Notes: generated from the sequence alone by a model not told the origin. Shown: positions 10,372-19,367, counted from the stretch's first letter. The stretch: DNA of 64,000 nucleotides from an uncultured Gammaproteobacteria bacterium (GCA_964424775.1 CAYRJZ010000003.1:124127-188126); one strand, 5' to 3'. Translations and numbers: made by a program.

Positions 10372-11733
10372 CTACAATAGGAAACGAATCATGGACATCC
10401 AGAGAAGGTACACAGCAAAGCCACTTGCGAAGGCCGCAGAGTTGCCTAGCGATGCTTCTCGGATATAACGAAGGTAGGTCATCTTCTCGCCGAGTTTTCC
10501 GAGGATGATAATACCCGGCAGTGAGCCGAGCAACATAATTGGGCCCCCCATCGCCACACTAAAGGCGAGGAGCCCCCACATCCACGGATCACTTGTTGGC
10601 ATGATGATGATCGCAACGGCTGTGAGCGGGACATTGTCAATGAACATGCTCAACAGCCCAAGGATCAGGATCGCGATGATGATTCGTGTCGTGGACGGAT
10701 TATCTCCGAACACGAGACGAGACAGGTCATTGAATGCACCTGTCGTTCTGACCCCCTCAACAATGAGGATGATCGGAACAATGACCAAGAATGTCGCCAG
10801 CTCGACACGCTCGATCGACTTCTCAAGCGTCCGGCTGAGCAACGTCTGTGCTTGCTCCTCAAGCTGTGGGAGCTCAAGGGAATGGACTTGTCCGCTCGTT
10901 CGCAGTTTCTCGATCCTCCTTCTTCTCCCTTCATTGAGGAAGTGATAAAGGCCGGAAGTCACACCGTACGCTCCCATCAATCCCAAGAATGGCGGCATGT
11001 GAGCCGCGTACTTGAAGAGCAAAGGAAGCGTAACAAGAGTGAGAATACCTATGGCCATAACCAGGTAGTCCGTGAAGGTGGGATGGTACGCCTGGGTAGG
11101 ACGGACATGACGTGGGGAGTTACTCAGTTTCCTTGCGAAGAACTTTGACCCCACGTAGGCAGAGGTGATCGCCGATGGGAATGTCATGTAAAACAGTTGG
11201 TCGGGTGCGATCTTGCCGCTCTCGACCACCATTATTGATGTGACATCCCCAAGGAAGCTGAAAACTCCTCCTGCATTTGCATACAGGACAAAGCCCAGGC
11301 AAGCCGTGACGTAGGTAGCAGTGATCTCCTCGGTAACGGTGAGGAATACCACGGTTGAGATTGTAACAAGGACGATGGTGATCGTGACGTTGTCAACGAG
11401 AGCTGAACCGAAAAAGCATACCCAACCCATTCGGTTGAATAGCTTCTGGTCAGTCATGTCTCCTCGGTAGATGACTTGTTGCAGGACGTCGAAGAGCCCA
11501 GCAAAGCCCAGCACAGCAACGAGCGAGAGGGCGTACAAAATGAACATCCCAATCTCGACCGCGTTGAATGTCGCATGCATGATCTCCACTTCGGCTACTT
11601 CGGGGTTATGTCCTCGCCCGAAGAAGAACCAGATAGTAGAGGCGAAGAAGCTCAGGATCGAAATCCTATGGAGCCGTGTTTGAGCCTCAAATGTGAGGAG
11701 CACGTACGCTACAAGCGCTTGTGCAACAATCAT
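10372..11733 (-). CDS. ion-transporter superfamily permease (ArsB/NhaD/CitMHS-like), about 12 TM helices, anomalously high GC
   Basis: 453-aa polytopic membrane protein with the two-half architecture typical of ArsB/NhaD-type permeases. GC is roughly 52-55% by eye against a roughly 38-40% background. Confidence 0.6.
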   Translation of the reverse strand: MIVAQALVAYVLLTFEAQTRLHRISILSFFASTIWFFFGRGHNPEVAEVEIMHATFNAVEIGMFILYALSLVAVLGFAGLFDVLQQVIYRGDMTDQKLFNRMGWVCFFGSALVDNVTITIVLVTISTVVFLTVTEEITATYVTACLGFVLYANAGGVFSFLGDVTSIMVVESGKIAPDQLFYMTFPSAITSAYVGSKFFARKLSNSPRHVRPTQAYHPTFTDYLVMAIGILTLVTLPLLFKYAAHMPPFLGLMGAYGVTSGLYHFLNEGRRRRIEKLRTSGQVHSLELPQLEEQAQTLLSRTLEKSIERVELATFLVIVPIILIVEGVRTTGAFNDLSRLVFGDNPSTTRIIIAILILGLLSMFIDNVPLTAVAIIIMPTSDPWMWGLLAFSVAMGGPIMLLGSLPGIIILGKLGEKMTYLRYIREASLGNSAAFASGFAVYLLWMSMIRFLL

Positions 11734-11812
11734 CCCTGTCCTCCCTGTGTAACTTTCCTGAGTCCGGCACAGTTACCGTGACTCTCCTTTGTTATTCTTT
11801 CCTTTCCTGAAT

Positions 11813-11854
11813 GCTGATACCGGATCAAGGGGCATTGCCTGATCTGGTATCAGC
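11813..11854. other. long imperfect hairpin (about 17-bp stem) in the leader of the transporter gene
   Basis: gctgataccggatcaagg-ggcattg-cctgatctggtatcagc. Located between the antiporter stop (11981) and the transporter start (11733). No U-run on the minus strand. Confidence 0.4.
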
Positions 11855-11980
11855 ATAAATTTCATTTATTCATACATAACGCAATTGTTATGGTGAATGA
11901 AAGGTAGTCTGATTATTAACGTGCAAACCTACAGAAGTAGGGATAGGAATTATAAAGAAAATGAAGAGGAAAAATCAATA

Positions 11981-13933
11981 CTATCGGATGAGAGAGGAGA
12001 TACTTGCCTTTTGATATGTAACAGCAATTTCTGGATACTTCTTTTCAAGACCTTTCACTTCATTTTGATTCTTATCAATAAAGCTTTCCTGAATTTTTCT
12101 TACCTCATCAATTGCTTTCTTCAGATCCTTCTCCGTTATTAATTTATTAACACGATCCAGATATTCAAGAACAGCATAGGACGTAAATAATCGAGCTCTT
12201 AATAGTCCATATCTGTCCCGCACAAGAGAATCCTCAGTCATATCTAACATCTTACTGAGCCATCCAAAAGATGTAGCGAACTTTCGAAGTCTAAATAATC
12301 TCTTTCTAAATGAAGCACCAGTATTTATCATTCCCTCTTTACCAACTGTTCGAATATCCTGAAGATCAGGATACTCCAAAGCATCTTGTTGTATATCTAA
12401 CTCCGATTCAAATTCATGAAAAACAACTTCATTAAATCTTCCCTGTTCATAGAGTTTACGCAGTGTATTTCTTTCAATTGAAAGAGCTTGCAGTTTTAGA
12501 CTTTGTAAAAATTCAGCTGGAGTAGAAATAGTCGTAAGATCTTTCTTAATGCTAAGCTCTTTATTTGCTAATTCTTTATCAATTTCACTGATAATTCCCT
12601 CTTTAAATTGTTGACGAGACAGCTGAGTCAATTTTTGTCTCTTCTCATCAATTTCAAAGAGGGCAAGTTCATCTGCGATGATCTGTTCTTCCTTCTTCGG
12701 TAAATGAAGTTTTAATTTAAGTAAAAGCGATTTTATTGTCAGACCATTAACAAAAAGGGTGAAAAGTAAAGTAGCGAAGGTAAATTGAAGAAAGGTCTCT
12801 TTATATATAAAATCATCAGGAAGAGAATAAACAAGAACGAGCGGAATTACCCCTCTCAATCCTCCCCAGTTCAGAATATGTTGCCAGCTCATTGGAATAT
12901 TGGGCTCGTCATTAAAGAATGGCAATTTGTTACTCAGATAGGCTGTCACATAAACAGACACCGCTCGTGCCACAAGAACCACTGCAATAACAATTGCTAA
13001 TACAGGTAATTGCTCTTGGAATAAAGTAAGGTCGAGCTGATATGCCGCAAAGAAAAAGACGAGTGAAAGTGAAAAAAATCCTGCATACTCCCAAAACTCT
13101 TCAATATAATGCATTACCGTTCCATGTACTTTTCTTCGACCAAAATTACCAACAATGACTCCAGCAATTACGGTCGTAATGACACCTGAAAGATGAAAGA
13201 AATGCTCCGCACCAGTAAAGGAAACGAGCGCTATTCCAGTCGTGACACTTGCAAGAAGTATTCTTTCATGGCGGAGTTTTTCAAAAAGCCATGTAGTAAA
13301 GAATCCAATTACGAATCCCAAAATAATACTTCCAATAAAAACATACAGGAACTGTGCAGTACTCTCAAGAATTGTTAAGGGCTTGAAAGCTGTTTGGGCA
13401 ATTGCAAATGTTGATATAACACGGAATGCAATGACTGCAGTTGCGTCGTTGAACATACTCTCTCCATCTGCAAGAAGAGCAAGTCTTTTAGGTGCTCCTA
13501 ATGACTTAAAAAGAGCAAGGACAGCAATTGGGTCTGTTGCAGATATTAACGCTCCAAAAAGAAGTGCAACAGGTAACGGCATACCAAGCATACTTGCTAA
13601 GGCAAAGCCTACAACAAAGATAGAGACAAGGAGGCCAAATGTGGCAAGAAAAGTAATTGTTTTAAATTGTCTTTTAAATTCATGAATATTGATGTGAAGA
13701 GATGCTTCAAAAAGAAGTATAGGAAGCAATATGAAAAAAATGATATCAGGAGAAAGTGCTAAAGGACCACCTAAATGGACAATATGACCTATAAACTGTG
13801 TAACAAATCCTGCTAGAAGTAATGCAACGGTAAATGGAAATGATACTCTCTTCGTAAGCCATTGAAGTATTCCCATACTTGTTAAAAAAGCTCCGATAAA
13901 TATCACCCCTTCGATAAAAATATGTTTTTCCAT
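11981..13933 (-). CDS. CPA1-family Na+/H+ (cation:proton) antiporter with C-terminal cytoplasmic domain
   Basis: 650 aa, with about 12 TM helices at the N-terminus. Na+/H+ exchanger-family conserved segments (ATDPIAVLALF, FNDATAV). Long hydrophilic C-terminal domain. Confidence 0.8.
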   Translation of the reverse strand: MEKHIFIEGVIFIGAFLTSMGILQWLTKRVSFPFTVALLLAGFVTQFIGHIVHLGGPLALSPDIIFFILLPILLFEASLHINIHEFKRQFKTITFLATFGLLVSIFVVGFALASMLGMPLPVALLFGALISATDPIAVLALFKSLGAPKRLALLADGESMFNDATAVIAFRVISTFAIAQTAFKPLTILESTAQFLYVFIGSIILGFVIGFFTTWLFEKLRHERILLASVTTGIALVSFTGAEHFFHLSGVITTVIAGVIVGNFGRRKVHGTVMHYIEEFWEYAGFFSLSLVFFFAAYQLDLTLFQEQLPVLAIVIAVVLVARAVSVYVTAYLSNKLPFFNDEPNIPMSWQHILNWGGLRGVIPLVLVYSLPDDFIYKETFLQFTFATLLFTLFVNGLTIKSLLLKLKLHLPKKEEQIIADELALFEIDEKRQKLTQLSRQQFKEGIISEIDKELANKELSIKKDLTTISTPAEFLQSLKLQALSIERNTLRKLYEQGRFNEVVFHEFESELDIQQDALEYPDLQDIRTVGKEGMINTGASFRKRLFRLRKFATSFGWLSKMLDMTEDSLVRDRYGLLRARLFTSYAVLEYLDRVNKLITEKDLKKAIDEVRKIQESFIDKNQNEVKGLEKKYPEIAVTYQKASISSLIR

Positions 13934-14084
13934 AAAAATTCCCCGAACGTTGATTATATTTTGTAAGAGCCTCCTTTTTCAAGTACCATTCTTTCTTATT
14001 TCTTACACCACCCATATATCTTTGTAACTCAGCAGTTCTAAAGTAGACCAATAGCTTAAGCGCCTATGCTCAAGCTTCTTTTTT

Positions 14085-14834
14085 ATGTCAATTGCACTTA
14101 CAGGGAAGAAAAAAGAACAGGCTGAAAAGTTCTACAATAAATTACTCACAACTTTAATTCGACGAAAATTACCTTTCATGGTCGGTGGGACATTTGCGTT
14201 CATGGAATATACAGGAATTGAGCGCGATACGGGTGATATTGATATTAAAATTCCTTTTGAGTCATATCCTGATATTCTCAAGTCTCTCAGTGAAGCTGGA
14301 TATAAAACTGAATTAGCGGAAATTGAACTCAACTGGCTCGCAAAGGTCACTGACCCAGAAGGATTTTATACCGACCTTATTTATGCTGAGAGAAATGGGC
14401 TTTATAAAGTTGAGGCTTCATGGCTTGATCGTTCAGGAGAAGGAACAGTTCTTGGACATAAAGTAAAGCTTGAGCCAGTTGACGAAATGATTCGCTCCAA
14501 AGCATACGTTCAAAATCGTCATCGACATGATGGAATTGATGTTATTCACCTCATCTTGAGACAAGGAAAAAATGTTAATTGGGATCTCCTTCTTGAAAAA
14601 ATGGATGAACACTGGGAGCTACTCTTAGGACATATCATCACTTTCCTTTTTGTTTATCCATCTGAAAGACAAGTTATCCCAACCAAAGTAATAAAGAGGC
14701 TTGTTGGCAAATTAGAAGATCGGATTTCACATCCACCTACAAAAGAAAAAATAACTCGTGGACTTCTTCTCTCAAATGACTATCAAGTCGGTCCTGCGCA
14801 ATGGGGATTCACTCCTATTACAGATTTGAAATAA
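14085..14834 (+). CDS. hypothetical protein, possible pol-beta-type nucleotidyltransferase fold
   Basis: GGTFAF...ERDTGDIDIKI fits the hG[GS]-x(9-13)-Dh[DE]h signature. Otherwise unassigned. Confidence 0.45.
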   Translation: MSIALTGKKKEQAEKFYNKLLTTLIRRKLPFMVGGTFAFMEYTGIERDTGDIDIKIPFESYPDILKSLSEAGYKTELAEIELNWLAKVTDPEGFYTDLIYAERNGLYKVEASWLDRSGEGTVLGHKVKLEPVDEMIRSKAYVQNRHRHDGIDVIHLILRQGKNVNWDLLLEKMDEHWELLLGHIITFLFVYPSERQVIPTKVIKRLVGKLEDRISHPPTKEKITRGLLLSNDYQVGPAQWGFTPITDLK

Positions 14835-14836
14835 CT

Positions 14837-15568
14837 ATGACAGAACGGGTAAAAAAAATAAAAGTTGCTGCTGTTGGAGATATACATGTTAAGTCTCACT
14901 TTAGTGGTGAATATAAAGAATTATTTACATCCGTTTCAGATCAGGCGGATGTCCTCGTACTTTGTGGGGATTTGACTGACCTTGGGACACCTCAAGAAGC
15001 AGAACTCCTTGCAGATGATATGCGCTACTGTAAAATTCCTATCGTTGGAGTTCTCGGCAATCACGATTATCAGTCAGATCAATCAACGGAAGTTGCACGA
15101 ATTCTTGAACAGAATTCCAATGTTACTATTCTCAAACAAGAACCAATTATCCATCATGAAATAGGGTTTGCAGGGGTCAAAGGATTTATGGGAGGGTTTG
15201 ATAGTCATGCGTTGGGAGCATTTGGAGAGCCAGAGCTCAAAGGAATTGTAAAAGAACGAGACAATCACGCTTACGCTTTAGAAAATCAGCTCAAACAACT
15301 TCCTATGGAGAGAAAAGTAGTCATTATGCACTACTCACCTATTCGAGCTACTGTTGCTGATGAACCAGCGGATATCATGCCCTTTCTTGGATCAACACGC
15401 TATGAACAGGTCATCGATCAATACGGTGCAACTGTTGTCTTTCATGGACATGCAAATATGGGACCACACGAAGGACGAACAAAAACAGGTATTCCCGTTT
15501 TTAACGTCGCACTTCCCCTTCTTGAAACACTCAAACCAAGAGTTCAATATAAAATTATTGAACTGTAA
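14837..15568 (+). CDS. metallophosphoesterase (calcineurin-like phosphoesterase)
   Basis: Start moved to MTERVKK (ATG at 14837). Motifs GDIHV, CGDLTDLG, GNHDY, GHAN. Confidence 0.75.
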   Translation: MTERVKKIKVAAVGDIHVKSHFSGEYKELFTSVSDQADVLVLCGDLTDLGTPQEAELLADDMRYCKIPIVGVLGNHDYQSDQSTEVARILEQNSNVTILKQEPIIHHEIGFAGVKGFMGGFDSHALGAFGEPELKGIVKERDNHAYALENQLKQLPMERKVVIMHYSPIRATVADEPADIMPFLGSTRYEQVIDQYGATVVFHGHANMGPHEGRTKTGIPVFNVALPLLETLKPRVQYKIIEL

Positions 15569-15573
15569 ATAAA

Positions 15574-16248
15574 CTATTTGCCAAATCGTCTCTCACGATC
15601 AGTATACCAATCAATTGCGACCTGGAGTTCCTCAGGTGTATAGTCAGGCCAAAGAACATCTGTAAAATACAACTCACTATACACAGATTGCCAGGTGAGG
15701 AAATTACTGAGTCTTTGCTCTCCACCTGTTCTGATAATAAGATCTGGATCTGGTTGTCCGGAAGTATCAAGTAATTCAGAAATCCCTTTCTCAGTTACCT
15801 TTTCTCCCTTTTCCATAAGACATGAAACCGCACGAATAATTTCATCGCGTCCACCGTAATTAAGTGCGAAATTTGCAGTAATGGTGGAATTATCTTTACT
15901 CATCTCATGGATTTCCTCAACTCTCTCAACAATATCCTGAGGGAATGCTGTGTAATTTCCAATAATATTCACTCGTACTCCCTTTTCTTGAAGTCGATCA
16001 ACAGCGGGATCGTGTAACATTTTACGGAAAATAGAAATTATTTTTTGAACCTCAAGCGGATTTCTTTTCCAATTTTCTGTAGAAAAAGAATAAAAAGTAA
16101 TGTATTTAACGCCATTTTTTGCAGCAGCTTCTACGAGAGGCTCAATACACTTTGCACCTTGTTCATGTCCTTCAGAGATTTCAAGTCCTTTTGCCTTTGC
16201 CCATCGTCTATTCCCATCCATGATGATGCCGATATGTTGTGGAGTCAT
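15574..16248 (-). CDS. uppS: undecaprenyl diphosphate synthase (cis-prenyltransferase)
   Basis: Start moved to MTPQHIGIIMDGNRRWA (ATG at 16248). The DGNRRWA and C-terminal ERRFGK motifs are typical of UppS. Confidence 0.9.
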   Translation of the reverse strand: MTPQHIGIIMDGNRRWAKAKGLEISEGHEQGAKCIEPLVEAAAKNGVKYITFYSFSTENWKRNPLEVQKIISIFRKMLHDPAVDRLQEKGVRVNIIGNYTAFPQDIVERVEEIHEMSKDNSTITANFALNYGGRDEIIRAVSCLMEKGEKVTEKGISELLDTSGQPDPDLIIRTGGEQRLSNFLTWQSVYSELYFTDVLWPDYTPEELQVAIDWYTDRERRFGK

Positions 16249-16413
16249 TGTTGAATTATACCAAATAAAAAACGCCTCCTTTATTATCTCCTTAGATAAT
16301 GAGGTAGGCGTTTTATTTCTCAAGCAGAAAGCTGTCTGCACTTCTGTCCAAATCCTGTAAAAATGGACGTACAAACAGCTTCCTGCTCATGAATAAAATG
16401 ATCAAGGATGTAG

Positions 16414-16453
16414 GTCGTCCCCCCGGCTTACGCCGGGGGGACTCCCCAAGACA
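16414..16453. repeat. island hairpin repeat, copy 1 (GTCGTCCCCCCGGCTTACGCCGGGGGGACTCCCCAAGACA)
   Basis: 40-bp element with an 11-bp stem (GTCCCCCCGGC/GCCGGGGGGAC) and loop TTAC, followed by TCCCCAAGACA. Lies 5 bp downstream of the stop of ORF 16458..16766. Confidence 0.85.
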
Positions 16454-16457
16454 AAGA

Positions 16458-16766
16458 TTAATGCCGCCTGATAAATTCATCATAGAAATCAAGAAGATAC
16501 CCTGACACAGGCCAATTTGCCCATATCAGAGCATGATACCACTTGACTTTAAACTTATAGATCTTCTCCACTGTTGTTGTGGAGAAGGTTGTGAGATGAA
16601 GTTGGTAATCATTACCACTCACCTCAACCTTAACCTGGACGATGATAGGTACTCCGTTTTTGGAAGCACGGAGATAGTCATTTTCCAGGCGGACGTGGTA
16701 CCCGGCATCCTGCAGGAGTTTGCCGAGAAACCGAAGTGACGCTTTTTTAAGCTTTTCAGTTCTCAT
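16458..16766 (-). CDS. cassette ORF A, hypothetical 102-aa protein
   Basis: SD-like GAAGGAGTGAGGA before the ATG. Flanked 3' by repeat copy 1 and 5' by a type-1 palindromic leader. No recognisable domain. Confidence 0.5.
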   Translation of the reverse strand: MRTEKLKKASLRFLGKLLQDAGYHVRLENDYLRASKNGVPIIVQVKVEVSGNDYQLHLTTFSTTTVEKIYKFKVKWYHALIWANWPVSGYLLDFYDEFIRRH

Positions 16767-16793
16767 TCCTCACTCCTTCTTGTTAACGGCAGT

Positions 16794-16809
16794 GTTCCTT
16801 CTCAGGAAC
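16794..16809. promoter_or_regulatory. type-1 leader palindrome GTTCCT-TCTC-AGGAAC followed by GAAAAA (upstream of ORF A)
   Basis: The same TTCCT-N4-AGGAA[C/G]AAAAA element recurs at 17309..17324 and 19686..19701. Confidence 0.5.
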
Positions 16810-16848
16810 GAAAAAAGACTTTCTCTTTTCACTCATGAGAATAAAAAG

Positions 16849-16888
16849 GTCGTCCCCCCGGCTTACGCCGGGAGGACTCCCCAAGACA
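16849..16888. repeat. island hairpin repeat, copy 2
   Basis: GTCGTCCCCCCGGCTTACGCCGGGAGGACTCCCCAAGACA. Stem carries one C/A mismatch. Ends 7 bp before the stop of ORF B. Confidence 0.85.
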
Positions 16889-16894
16889 TGTGAG

Positions 16895-17251
16895 CTAGAA
16901 CTCGTCGACCTCGAGCTCGTTCCGAAGAACGACGTAGCCTTGGAAGGCTGGCTCGAGCACGTTCGGATCATCCGAACGGTAGTTGGCCATGATGACCCTT
17001 TCGGGCATGGCCTCAGCAAGCGCCGCCTTTGTGAGAAGCGTCGCCTGACAGTCGAGAACGATGAAGTCTGCACGGTGCTCGAAAGCAGCCGCGATGACTT
17101 CTGCCTGCGTCACCCTCTGATCAGAGGGGACATTCGTCTCAATAACGTGGCAGTCGCTCCCGAATTTTTCCGAGAGCAATTCCCATCGATCGCCTGTCAC
17201 TGGACGAGATGCAAATCGAACGATAACAGTTCGAGGTGTATACGGCCGCAT
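16895..17251 (-). CDS. cassette ORF B, hypothetical 118-aa protein (high GC)
   Basis: SD-like GGAGACAGAACC before the ATG. About 55% GC by eye. Flanked by repeat copy 2 (3') and a type-1 leader (5'). Confidence 0.5.
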   Translation of the reverse strand: MRPYTPRTVIVRFASRPVTGDRWELLSEKFGSDCHVIETNVPSDQRVTQAEVIAAAFEHRADFIVLDCQATLLTKAALAEAMPERVIMANYRSDDPNVLEPAFQGYVVLRNELEVDEF

Positions 17252-17308
17252 GGTTCTGTCTCCATCTGTATGATCCCAGCGTAAGCACGCAGGTCGAAAA
17301 TCACACAG

Positions 17309-17324
17309 CTTCCTTGTGAGGAAG
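17309..17324. promoter_or_regulatory. type-1 leader palindrome CTTCCT-TGTG-AGGAAG followed by AAAAAA (upstream of ORF B)
   Basis: Variant of the 16794..16809 element. Confidence 0.45.
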
Positions 17325-17373
17325 AAAAAATTACTTTCTTTATAACTTCTTTCTCATCACAAAAATTTAGTAG

Positions 17374-17413
17374 GTCGTCCCCCCGGCTTACGCCGGGAGG
17401 ACTCCCCAAGACA
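17374..17413. repeat. island hairpin repeat, copy 3
   Basis: Identical to copy 2 over the 37-bp core. Confidence 0.85.
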
Positions 17414-17530
17414 AATGTGCATTCATGATGCCTCTCGATTCCTCACCTCCGTGAGGGATAACGCATCACTAGGTAGCACACCTAGGCAGTTACAGACATG
17501 CCAGTCTTTAAATTGGGTTGTCCCTGGATG

Positions 17531-17776
17531 CTAGATCCAGATTCCGCGATCGCGTTGTCGCTCCTCTTCGGCCTTGTCGGCCTCCTCCTCGCGGAGGTTG
17601 TCCCGACGGACGATCATCGCCGAGAGAACACGACGCACGCGGGGGGTGTCTGGCAACAAGCCTTTCAGCTTCACCAGATCGGGAACGTAGAGCTTGAACT
17701 CCTCAAGGTCTCTGGACCTTTTCATTTCGGACCAGATCCGCTCGAGCTCCTTGAGCGCCTCTTCCGAGGTCGTCAT
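17531..17776 (-). CDS. cassette ORF C1, hypothetical 81-aa highly charged helical protein
   Basis: RBS GGAGGGTGA before the ATG. Preceded by a type-2 leader at 17777..17840. Confidence 0.5.
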   Translation of the reverse strand: MTTSEEALKELERIWSEMKRSRDLEEFKLYVPDLVKLKGLLPDTPRVRRVLSAMIVRRDNLREEEADKAEEERQRDRGIWI

Positions 17777-17840
17777 TTCACCCTCCTATTTTCTTCATCT
17801 GCTTGACAAGCAGACGGGTCTAACAAAGACCGAGAAATGC
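17777..17840. promoter_or_regulatory. type-2 conserved leader (GGTCTTTGTTAGACCC + short hairpin CTGCTTGTCAAGCAG + SD)
   Basis: Aligns with the leaders at 18537..18603, 19219..19285 and 20170..20240. Consensus on the gene strand is GGTCTTyGTCAAAGrCCCATCCG, then a variable 5-7-bp hairpin, then GGAG and the start codon. Confidence 0.55.
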
Positions 17841-17884
17841 CTTAAATGCACTTTTCGCTCTTAGCAAAACTCCTTGTCGGAGCG

Positions 17885-17926
17885 GGATCTCTCCCGCCCC
17901 GACGATAGACCAAGACAAATGAAGCG
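17885..17926. repeat. island hairpin repeat, degenerate copy (GTCGGAGCGGGATCTCTCCCGCCCCGACGATAGACCAAGACA)
   Basis: Keeps the GTCG start, an internal GC hairpin (GCGGGA-TCTC-TCCCGC) and the terminal CCAAGACAAATG. Lies 5 bp downstream of the stop of ORF C2. Confidence 0.6.
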
Positions 17927-17930
17927 AAAA

Positions 17931-18536
17931 TTAGGCCCCGCTTCCGAGCCTGATAGAGTACACATTCCCGAACTCAGGAATTTGGTACGGGAGGAGCTTG
18001 ATACCCCTCCCCTCCAGACTCTGTCGAACGATTTCCGACCGAATATTGTGGTAGTCGCTGTCTGTGACAGCGAACCACTGTGCCAGCGGAGCCACCTCCG
18101 ACGCGAACGCCGTGATGGTGACGATGTCAGGCTCAGCCTGCATCCCCGCATCGACCGCCGACCAATGCTTGGCCGGCATCGTGACGAGCAGCTCCGGAAC
18201 CTCCGGGCTGAACTTGCTAATCGCGAAGTGCGGGATGATCTCCCGCTGCGCGAATTTGGGGACATCGCCCCCGACCAGTTCGGTCGCGAAGGTGATGGTC
18301 TGACCATCCACCTTCCCCGTTGTCCGCAGCAGGACTTTATCATTCCGAGCGGAGGGCATGACACTCCACGCGATGAGACTCTCGTCGCTTCCCCATTTGG
18401 TGACGACGAGTTTGTCCCCCCTCTGCCGTACCTCGTAACCGAGGGCGGTGAGGGTCCCGGCGAACTCCTTCACCGGGACAGGCCACTCGTGAGAGTGGTA
18501 ATTGAGGAACTCTTCGAGACCAGGGCTGCGGTACAT
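17931..18536 (-). CDS. cassette ORF C2, hypothetical 201-aa protein
   Basis: RBS GGAGGG 5 nt before the ATG. Flanked by the degenerate repeat (3') and a type-2 leader (5'). The overlapping plus-strand ORFs are Arg-rich antisense artefacts. Confidence 0.55.
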   Translation of the reverse strand: MYRSPGLEEFLNYHSHEWPVPVKEFAGTLTALGYEVRQRGDKLVVTKWGSDESLIAWSVMPSARNDKVLLRTTGKVDGQTITFATELVGGDVPKFAQREIIPHFAISKFSPEVPELLVTMPAKHWSAVDAGMQAEPDIVTITAFASEVAPLAQWFAVTDSDYHNIRSEIVRQSLEGRGIKLLPYQIPEFGNVYSIRLGSGA

Positions 18537-18603
18537 GATGTACCCTCCATTTTTCTACACCCGCTTGACTGGCGGATGGGTCTTTGACAAAGACCAAATC
18601 AAT
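18537..18603. promoter_or_regulatory. type-2 conserved leader (GGTCTTTGTCAAAGACCCATCCG ...)
   Basis: Near-perfect 17-bp palindrome GGTCTTTG-T-CAAAGACC, followed by a CCGCCAGTCAAGCGGG hairpin and the SD. Confidence 0.55.
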
Positions 18604-18649
18604 AGCAAATATTTTTACTACTGCTTTGCTTCTTATCAAAATTACGTTG

Positions 18650-18689
18650 GACGTCCCCCCGCCTTTCGGCGGGAGGACTCCCCAAGACA
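18650..18689. repeat. island hairpin repeat, copy 4 (variant GACGTCCCCCCGCCTTTCGGCGGGAGGACTCCCCAAGACA)
   Basis: Stem and loop variant (CGCC-TTTC-GGCG) with compensatory base changes that preserve the hairpin. Confidence 0.85.
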
Positions 18690-18696
18690 TGTGATG

Positions 18697-19218
18697 CTAT
18701 TCAAGCACCTTGTAAGAAATTTTTCCGGGAAGGTACACGTGGTTGAAGTTCGGATCGAGCTCAGCTCGGGTCCCGAAGACCTCCACGATCGTTCGATCGT
18801 GGAACGCGATGTACGCTTCATCGTCGCTCTCAAAAGAGTCAACGTGTTCCCCGAGATTTGGGTCCCAGAACGACTTGTCTTTGAGCCCCGATGCCATCGC
18901 GAGCAGGCGCCACGCCTGACGTGTCTGGTAGTTTTCCCGACCGAAGCCGGGATTGTTCAGCTTCTCGATGGCCTTGCGCACTTTCGGAAGCTCCATCTCG
19001 AGAATCGAGATAGTTTCGCGAAAGTACGGCATGATGTTCCGAGAGAAATCCGGCGTGAGCCGGTCAGTGTTCTCCATCAGCCAGCCGAGGATGTCTCCAG
19101 GATCGAACTCGAGCCAGAGGATCAGCTGGACCACGTCCTGCTCGGACGCGAGCTGCGTTGGAGCGGTAAGCTCCACCAACTCGTCTCGCTGACGAGTCGA
19201 ACCAAAGCTGAGTTTCAT
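18697..19218 (-). CDS. cassette ORF D, hypothetical 173-aa protein
   Basis: SD-like GGAGATTTCC before the ATG. Flanked by repeat copy 4 (3') and a type-2 leader (5'). Confidence 0.55.
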   Translation of the reverse strand: MKLSFGSTRQRDELVELTAPTQLASEQDVVQLILWLEFDPGDILGWLMENTDRLTPDFSRNIMPYFRETISILEMELPKVRKAIEKLNNPGFGRENYQTRQAWRLLAMASGLKDKSFWDPNLGEHVDSFESDDEAYIAFHDRTIVEVFGTRAELDPNFNHVYLPGKISYKVLE

Positions 19219-19285
19219 TGGAAATCTCCTCTAATTCTTCATCCGCACTCACGGATGGGCCTTTGACGAAGACCTTTCAAAGAAA
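19219..19285. promoter_or_regulatory. type-2 conserved leader (GGTCTTCGTCAAAGGCCCATCCG + hairpin CATCCGTGAGTGCGGATG)
   Basis: Aligned to the other type-2 leaders. Confidence 0.5.
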
Positions 19286-19317
19286 TTACTCTGAAAGCTT
19301 TTCATCAAATTTAATAG

Positions 19318-19357
19318 GTTGTCCCCCCGCCTTTCGGCGGGAGGACTCCCCAAGACA
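19318..19357. repeat. island hairpin repeat, copy 5 (variant GTTGTCCCCCCGCCTTTCGGCGGGAGGACTCCCCAAGACA)
   Basis: Same variant as copy 4. Confidence 0.85.
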
Positions 19358-19367
19358 AATACAGATC

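Noticed and set aside
10505-11148. Plus/minus alternative-frame ORFs within the transporter gene
   Set aside because: Antisense or alternative-frame artefacts of the GC-rich segment. The 453-aa membrane-protein frame is the only one with coherent TM topology.
13746-14051. 101-aa minus-strand ORF overlapping the antiporter start
   Set aside because: It overlaps the 5' end of the antiporter gene and its leader. Tyr/Arg-rich with no signals.
17874-19266. Plus-strand ORFs 17874..18587 (237 aa) and 18502..19266 (254 aa) in the high-GC island
   Set aside because: They are Arg-rich translations typical of antisense frames in GC-rich DNA, lack RBS, and run straight through the conserved repeats and leaders. 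The minus-strand ORFs are supported by RBS, leaders and 3' repeats.
16414-19357. CRISPR array interpretation of the 37-40-bp partially palindromic repeats
   Set aside because: Inter-repeat intervals are 435-1270 bp and variable, and contain ORFs carrying SD-like RBS sequences and conserved leaders. No cas genes. Repeat count is low. Not CRISPR-like.
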